The translations under genes were made by a program, and so were the position numbers. Shown piece after piece: positions 58,628-64,000 of a stretch of 64,000 nucleotides of DNA; positions within the stretch are counted from its first letter, which is position 1; every line of letters begins with the position of its first letter. The notes below the pieces were generated by a model, which was not told the origin of the DNA, did not search any database, and worked only from the letters and a program-made list of their open reading frames with translations. Source of the DNA: Cyanobacteria bacterium SIG30 (GTDB lineage: Bacteria; Cyanobacteriota; Vampirovibrionia; Gastranaerophilales; Gastranaerophilaceae); assembly GCA_015152475.1 (NCBI GenBank), contig SUTW01000006.1:14372-78371 (forward strand). The letters run 5' to 3'.

Positions 58628-60319
58628 CTACATTTTTTCAGGAGCCGAAACACCAATTAAATCAAGTGTTATCTGCATAATTGTTTTGGTTGCAAAAACC
58701 AAACACATGCGTGATAGTGTTTCGGTTTTGTCATTAGTAATAACCCTTGTATAATTGTAAAAATGATGAAAAGCACCTGCAACTTCTTGAGCATATTTAC
58801 ACAATAAATATGGTGCTCTATTTTTTGCAGAATTTTCAACAACTGATTTAAATTCTTCAAGTTTTAAAACTAAAGCCTTAACTGATTTTTTTGAATCATC
58901 AGTTTGTGCATAAATTGAACTAAACTGGGGTTTTAAAACAAAATTATTGAATTCATCCATTGTAACTGTCGAAGGAATAATTTTGTTATTGTCTAATGTA
59001 TCAACTGATTCCTCTGTTGCTTTTCTTATAATTGAAGAACATCTGGCATGGGCATATTGAACATAAAAAACAGGGTTTTGATCGGTTTTTGATTTTGCCA
59101 AATCCACATCAAAATCAAGGGCTGTATCAATTGAGCGCATAAGCATCCAATATCTTGTCGCGTCTGCTCCAACTTCATCAACCAAATCTCCTAAGGTAAC
59201 CATTTTTTTTCTTTTGCCCATTCTCATTGTTTCACCGTTTTGAACTATGTTAACCAATTGTCCAAGTAAAACTTCAAGGCTTTTTGGGTCGCGTCCCAGT
59301 GCTTCAATTGAAGCTTCAATTCTTTTAATATATCCATGGTGATCCGCACCCCAAATATTTATAAGGGTATCAAAACCTCTTTTAAGTTTATTTTGGTGAT
59401 ATGCAATATCTGCTGTTAAATAAGTGTTTGTGCCATCGGCTTTTTTAATAACCCTATCTTGTTCGTCACCATAATCTGAACTTTTAAACCAAACGGCATC
59501 TTCTTTTTTGTACAATTTACCCATTTTATCAAGTTCATCAACACATTTTTGAACTTCATTATTTTTATATAAATCAGTTTCATGGAAAAATAAATCAAAT
59601 TTTACTCCAAATTTTTCAAGCAATTCTTTTTGCTGATTAAGCATGTCATTTTCAGCATAAATTGCATAATCCTGAGTAGATTTTTCTTCAATATATTTTT
59701 TTGCACAATCAATTAAGTATTCGCCTGGATAACTATCTTCTGGAAGTTCAATATCTTCCCCTTTTAGTTGACGAACCCTAACTTCTAAGGATTTACCAAG
59801 TTTATTTATTTGGTTGCCTGCATCATTAATATAAAATTCTTGAAATACATCATCTCCATAAAATTTAAGAACATTTGCAAGCGAAGAGCCAACAGCAGCC
59901 CATCTTCCATGACCTATATGAAACGGACCAGTTGGATTAGCGCTGACATATTCTAAATTAATTTTTTTAGGATTTTTATTTAAACCTTTACCGTATTCTT
60001 TTTGTTTGTCCAAAATTTCTTTAATAACATTATTTATAATCTCGTCTTTAACAGTAAAATTAATAAAACCTGCAACAACGCTAACATCAAATTTTTCAGA
60101 AGATATATATTCAGCAATAGTATTAGCTATAACAGGTGGAGCCATTTTAGCATATCTTGCAAGCGAAGATACATTAATGGAAAAATCACCAAACTGTTCG
60201 TTTTTAGGCTTTTCGCAAACTAAAACATTATCAAATTCTTTAAGCTCGCCAAGCTTGTTATCATTAATTCCCTTTTCAATTGCCTTGGCAACAATATCTA
60301 TAAAATAATTCTTCAACAT
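58628..60319 (-). CDS. argS: Arginine--tRNA ligase
   Basis: SANPTGPFHIGHGR (HIGH motif) and a C-terminal DALR anticodon-binding domain. The start is set at the internal ATG (MLKNYFIDIV...). Confidence 0.95.
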   Translation of the reverse strand: MLKNYFIDIVAKAIEKGINDNKLGELKEFDNVLVCEKPKNEQFGDFSINVSSLARYAKMAPPVIANTIAEYISSEKFDVSVVAGFINFTVKDEIINNVIKEILDKQKEYGKGLNKNPKKINLEYVSANPTGPFHIGHGRWAAVGSSLANVLKFYGDDVFQEFYINDAGNQINKLGKSLEVRVRQLKGEDIELPEDSYPGEYLIDCAKKYIEEKSTQDYAIYAENDMLNQQKELLEKFGVKFDLFFHETDLYKNNEVQKCVDELDKMGKLYKKEDAVWFKSSDYGDEQDRVIKKADGTNTYLTADIAYHQNKLKRGFDTLINIWGADHHGYIKRIEASIEALGRDPKSLEVLLGQLVNIVQNGETMRMGKRKKMVTLGDLVDEVGADATRYWMLMRSIDTALDFDVDLAKSKTDQNPVFYVQYAHARCSSIIRKATEESVDTLDNNKIIPSTVTMDEFNNFVLKPQFSSIYAQTDDSKKSVKALVLKLEEFKSVVENSAKNRAPYLLCKYAQEVAGAFHHFYNYTRVITNDKTETLSRMCLVFATKTIMQITLDLIGVSAPEKM

Positions 60320-60413
60320 AATAAAAAAATTATAAGGCAAAAATAATCCCATGTAAAATTAATTTGAATAATAAAGACAAAAACAGCAACATATTTTATG
60401 TTACAATTACAAT

Positions 60414-62333
60414 ATGCAAAGAAAACTTTATTTAATAATTATTTTTATATTTATTTTTGCAAATATATTATTTATAAAAACATCTTGTAAAAATTCTGAA
60501 AAATACTATAAGCAAGGGCTTAATTTCGAATTAGAAAAAGATTATCAAAATGCATATTATAATTATGGGAAAATAAATAAATTTTCAAAAATTTATGAAC
60601 TTGCAATTTATAAACAAGCAAGATGTGCAAAAAAAATAAACGACACAAAAACTGCAACCAAAAAATATGAACAGTATGTAAAAAAAATAAAAAACGAGGT
60701 AATGACGCCAGTTGCTCTTTGGGAACTTGGAAATTTATATTTAGAAAACAATAAAACCCAAAAAGCATACAAAACATTTAAAAAACTTGAAGAAAAATAT
60801 GGGCAAAACGACTATACATATGCCTCATACTTTAAAATTGGCGAAATTTTACTTGAAAAAAATAAAGAAAAAGCTATAAATTATTTTACAAAATATTTAA
60901 ATTATGCGCCACTTGGAAGATTTTCAAAAAAAGCAATTCGGTATATTGAAAATACAAATACAACATTAAATAAAAACACGAAATTAACACTTGGTATCTC
61001 ATACCTAAAAAATGAAAATTATGACAAATCATTATATTATTTAAATCAAACCGATTTTGAAAATGCTTGGTTTTATATCTTTCAAAACTACAAAGAGCAA
61101 AATAAAGAAAAATTTGCGTTAGAAATCCTAAAAAAAAGTTTTGGTATGGAAAATATCAACCTAGATAATAAAAAAATTGAAGAAAGTATTAACTACTACG
61201 CAAATAAAAAAAATTCACAAAGTGATTTAAAAGAAATTTACGATTTAACAAAAAATAAAAATAAAAATTTACACTCTTATATAACTCTTCATTATGCTCA
61301 AAAATTAGAGGAAAGGTATCAGTATAACTTATATCAAGAAATTTATAAAAATAATTGTAGTTATTCCCCAAAAGCATTATCTGAAATAATTTATCAAGAT
61401 TATAAAAATGCAAACTACGCAAAAGTAATCGATTTTGGAAACAAATATTTTAATTTATACAAAGACGAACCAACAGCGCCAAAAACAATGTATTTTCTTG
61501 CAAAAGCATTTGAAAAAATAAATAAAAAAACCCAAGCAAAAGGGCTTTTTAAAAAAATTCAGGAAAACTACCCTAATAGTTACTGGGCATATAGAGCACA
61601 TTGTGCCCTTAATAACAAATATATATTTATAGTTGATGAAAATAAAAAAATTAGCAAAAAATCAGATATTCAATTCCCAAAAAAATTTGATGATAAAATT
61701 GACAATTATATAAAAACATTAGTTAAATTAGATGATATCGAAACTATCGAAGACTACAAAATACAAGATGAATTTGTCAAAAGTTGGATAGCATATAAAA
61801 AAAATAGGTATGCTTATTCTCTTTTGACTGCAAGAGATGAAGCGGACAAAAAAAATATTTTGAATACAGATGAAAACAAACTTGTATATCCAGTTTATTA
61901 TCTTAATGAAATATCTGAAAATTCAAAAAATAAAAACTTATCTGAAATAATTGTTATTTCATTAATCAGAAAAGAAAGCCACTTTGATTCAGATTCAATA
62001 AGCTCAACAGGCGCAATCGGCCTTATGCAAATTATGCCAGATACAGCATTATTTATTGAAAATGGAGCCTTAAAAGGAAACCTAAAAAATCCAAAATACA
62101 ATATACAACTTGGCACAAATTATTTATCAAAAATGAAAAATGAATTCAATAATGATTATATGCTTGCAATAGCCTCATATAACGCAGGACCCGGAAATGT
62201 AAAAAAATGGTTAAAAGAAAGATATGATGAAGATTTTGATATTTTTATAGAAGAAATGCCATTTCTTGAAACAAAAATATATGTAAAAAAAGTTTTTGAA
62301 GGATATTGGAATTACCTTAACATATATAACTAG
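60414..62333 (+). CDS. Soluble lytic murein transglycosylase-like protein (TPR-like N-terminal region plus SLT domain)
   Basis: Signal/TM N-terminus. The C-terminal SLT catalytic motifs are IRKESHFDSDSISSTGAIGLMQIMPDTA and ASYNAGPGNV. Confidence 0.85.
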   Translation: MQRKLYLIIIFIFIFANILFIKTSCKNSEKYYKQGLNFELEKDYQNAYYNYGKINKFSKIYELAIYKQARCAKKINDTKTATKKYEQYVKKIKNEVMTPVALWELGNLYLENNKTQKAYKTFKKLEEKYGQNDYTYASYFKIGEILLEKNKEKAINYFTKYLNYAPLGRFSKKAIRYIENTNTTLNKNTKLTLGISYLKNENYDKSLYYLNQTDFENAWFYIFQNYKEQNKEKFALEILKKSFGMENINLDNKKIEESINYYANKKNSQSDLKEIYDLTKNKNKNLHSYITLHYAQKLEERYQYNLYQEIYKNNCSYSPKALSEIIYQDYKNANYAKVIDFGNKYFNLYKDEPTAPKTMYFLAKAFEKINKKTQAKGLFKKIQENYPNSYWAYRAHCALNNKYIFIVDENKKISKKSDIQFPKKFDDKIDNYIKTLVKLDDIETIEDYKIQDEFVKSWIAYKKNRYAYSLLTARDEADKKNILNTDENKLVYPVYYLNEISENSKNKNLSEIIVISLIRKESHFDSDSISSTGAIGLMQIMPDTALFIENGALKGNLKNPKYNIQLGTNYLSKMKNEFNNDYMLAIASYNAGPGNVKKWLKERYDEDFDIFIEEMPFLETKIYVKKVFEGYWNYLNIYN

Positions 62334-62380
62334 ATTAAATTTTATGATATATTTGAAATAGATAAAAAGAGGAAGCAAAA

Positions 62381-63574
62381 ATGACAGAAAAAATAGAGAT
62401 AAAAGAAGAATTTATAAAACAAGCACAAAAATTATCAGAAGGCATTGAAGTTTTGCCAAACGGTATAAAAGGACTTGCATACAAACTTCAAAAAGCACAT
62501 GAAACAAATAAACCCCTGAGAGTTAAACTTGGACTTGACCCTACAAGACCAGATTTACATTTAGGGCACACCGTTGTAATGCGTAAGTTAAAACAATTCC
62601 AGGAATTAGGACATCAGGTGGTTTTAATTGTTGGTGGGGCAACAGCAATGATTGGTGACCCATCAGGCAAAAGCGAAACGCGTCCAGCATTAACAAAAGA
62701 ACAAGTTGAAGAAAATGCTAAATCATATTTTGACCAAATGTCAAAAGTTGTTGATGTTACAAAGGCAGAAGTTGTAAATAATGCAGATTGGCTACACAAG
62801 ATGACTTTTGTTGATATGTTAAAACTGTCATCTTCTACAACAGTTGCTCAACTTATGGTTAGGGAAGACTTTGCAAAAAGATATCAAGAAGGTCGTCCAA
62901 TAAGTGTTGTCGAATTTTTCTATCCATTGATGCAAGGGTATGACAGCGTCGAAGTCAAAGCAGATATTGAATTTGGCGGAAGCGACCAAAGGTTTAATCT
63001 TTTAATGGGTAGAGATGTCCAAATGTTTTATGGAATAGATGACCCGCAAATGATTATGTTACTACCTTTAATTGAAGGTACGGATGGCGTTGTCAAAATG
63101 TCAAAAACATACCCAGAACATTGTATTTCATTAACAGAAGATCCAAAAAATATGTATGGCAAACTTATGTCTATCCCAGACAGTTTAATGCCAAAATACT
63201 ACACATTATTAACTGACCTTACATACAATCCAACCAACAATCCAAGAGACGAAAAAATGCGTCTCGCATACGAAATTACAAAAATGTACACTGGTGAAGA
63301 AAACGCCAAAATGGCACAGGACAACTTTGTTAATGTAATTCAAAATAAAGGTGTTCCAAGCGATATAAAGGAATACAAAAAAGAAAATGCAACAAATATT
63401 TTAGATTTGCTTGTTGAACTTAATTTTACACAAAGCAAAGGTGAGGCTAAAAGACTTATTCAAGGTGGCGGTGTTAAAATAAATGGCGAAAAAATAAGTG
63501 ACATGACCACAATAATTGACAAAGAAATAATCTTGCAAGCAGGAAAAAGAAATTATGCCAAAATTGTATTCTAA
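62381..63574 (+). CDS. tyrS: Tyrosine--tRNA ligase (type 2 with C-terminal S4 domain)
   Basis: DLHLGHTV (HIGH), KMSKT, and a C-terminal S4-like segment SKGEAKRLIQGGGVKINGEK. Confidence 0.96.
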   Translation: MTEKIEIKEEFIKQAQKLSEGIEVLPNGIKGLAYKLQKAHETNKPLRVKLGLDPTRPDLHLGHTVVMRKLKQFQELGHQVVLIVGGATAMIGDPSGKSETRPALTKEQVEENAKSYFDQMSKVVDVTKAEVVNNADWLHKMTFVDMLKLSSSTTVAQLMVREDFAKRYQEGRPISVVEFFYPLMQGYDSVEVKADIEFGGSDQRFNLLMGRDVQMFYGIDDPQMIMLLPLIEGTDGVVKMSKTYPEHCISLTEDPKNMYGKLMSIPDSLMPKYYTLLTDLTYNPTNNPRDEKMRLAYEITKMYTGEENAKMAQDNFVNVIQNKGVPSDIKEYKKENATNILDLLVELNFTQSKGEAKRLIQGGGVKINGEKISDMTTIIDKEIILQAGKRNYAKIVF

Positions 63575-64000
63575 TTTACTTGAAACAATAGGTAATACAC
63601 CGATTGTAAAAGTTAATTCACTACAATATGACAATTTATATGCAAAAATAGAATACTTTAATCCCGCAGGTTCAATTAAAGATAGAGTTGCATTCAATAT
63701 GTTGCAAAAAGCGCAAGAAAAAAATTTGATTGACAACAAAACAGTTATAATTGAACCAACAAGTGGAAACACTGGTATCGGACTTGCATTTTGCGCATCA
63801 ATAATGGGATTAAAGTTCATTGCGGTAATGCCTGAAAATATGAGTTTAGAAAGAATAAAACTTATGAAAGCATATGGCGCAGAAATTGTCTTAACCCCAA
63901 AGGAAGGCGGGATAAAAGCCAGTGTCGATAAAGCAAATGAAATATCTGAACAACTAAAAAATAATGGCAAAAAAACATTTATTCCATCTCAATTTGAAAA
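63555..64000 (+). CDS. cysK: Cysteine synthase A (O-acetylserine sulfhydrylase), partial (continues past the window end)
   Basis: My translation from the ATG at 63555 is MPKLYSNLLETIGNTPIVKVN...EYFNPAGSIKDRVA...EPTSGNTGIGLA. This contains the PLP Lys motif SIKDR and the TSGNTG loop. The gene overlaps the tyrS end by 20 nt. Confidence 0.93.
   Translation, partial: MPKLYSNLLETIGNTPIVKVNSLQYDNLYAKIEYFNPAGSIKDRVAFNMLQKAQEKNLIDNKTVIIEPTSGNTGIGLAFCASIMGLKFIAVMPENMSLERIKLMKAYGAEIVLTPKEGGIKASVDKANEISEQLKNNGKKTFIPSQFE

Overview
AT-rich bacterial chromosomal segment that is almost entirely coding: about 60 CDS and 2 tRNAs. I saw no rRNA, CRISPR array, transposase or prophage genes. Most genes are housekeeping: secA (partial), rplJ-rplL with a leader, aroA, fabI, speE, ffh and folC. 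There is a partial dcw block (murF-mraY-murD-ftsW-murG), then prfA, thyX, rpmE, rmlA/rmlB, ruvB, tsaE/tsaB, murA, rmuC, argS, tyrS and cysK (partial). Regulators are frequent: a group-3 sigma factor, an ECF sigma factor, one OmpR-type and two NarL-type response regulators, and a REC-PAS histidine kinase. Several features suggest an AT-rich non-photosynthetic relative of Cyanobacteria (Melainabacteria/Vampirovibrionia-like): rplJL is not followed by rpoB, and there are an RpaA/B-like regulator, an LdpA-like Fe-S protein, an Aas-like ligase and a HydE-like radical SAM enzyme. That placement is inference only. The best candidate for something undescribed is a tandem pair of strongly expressed-looking ~155-aa coiled-coil paralogs (34091-35265). 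Their termini are conserved and their Q/N-rich cores are divergent, as in flagellins. Each is preceded at the same distance by an identical 16-nt motif. Other items worth a second look: an 833-bp extremely AT-rich ORF-free divergent intergenic region (9970-10802); stand-alone tRNA-Ile(GAU) and tRNA-Ala(UGC) away from any rRNA; a sugar-kinase-fold / HydE-like / PHP three-gene cluster; a 765-aa membrane protein followed by a 738-aa atypical phosphohexomutase next to a two-component operon; and a small internally duplicated protein whose start overlaps the end of murA. All functional calls come from reading the translated ORFs and recognising motifs. No database search was run.
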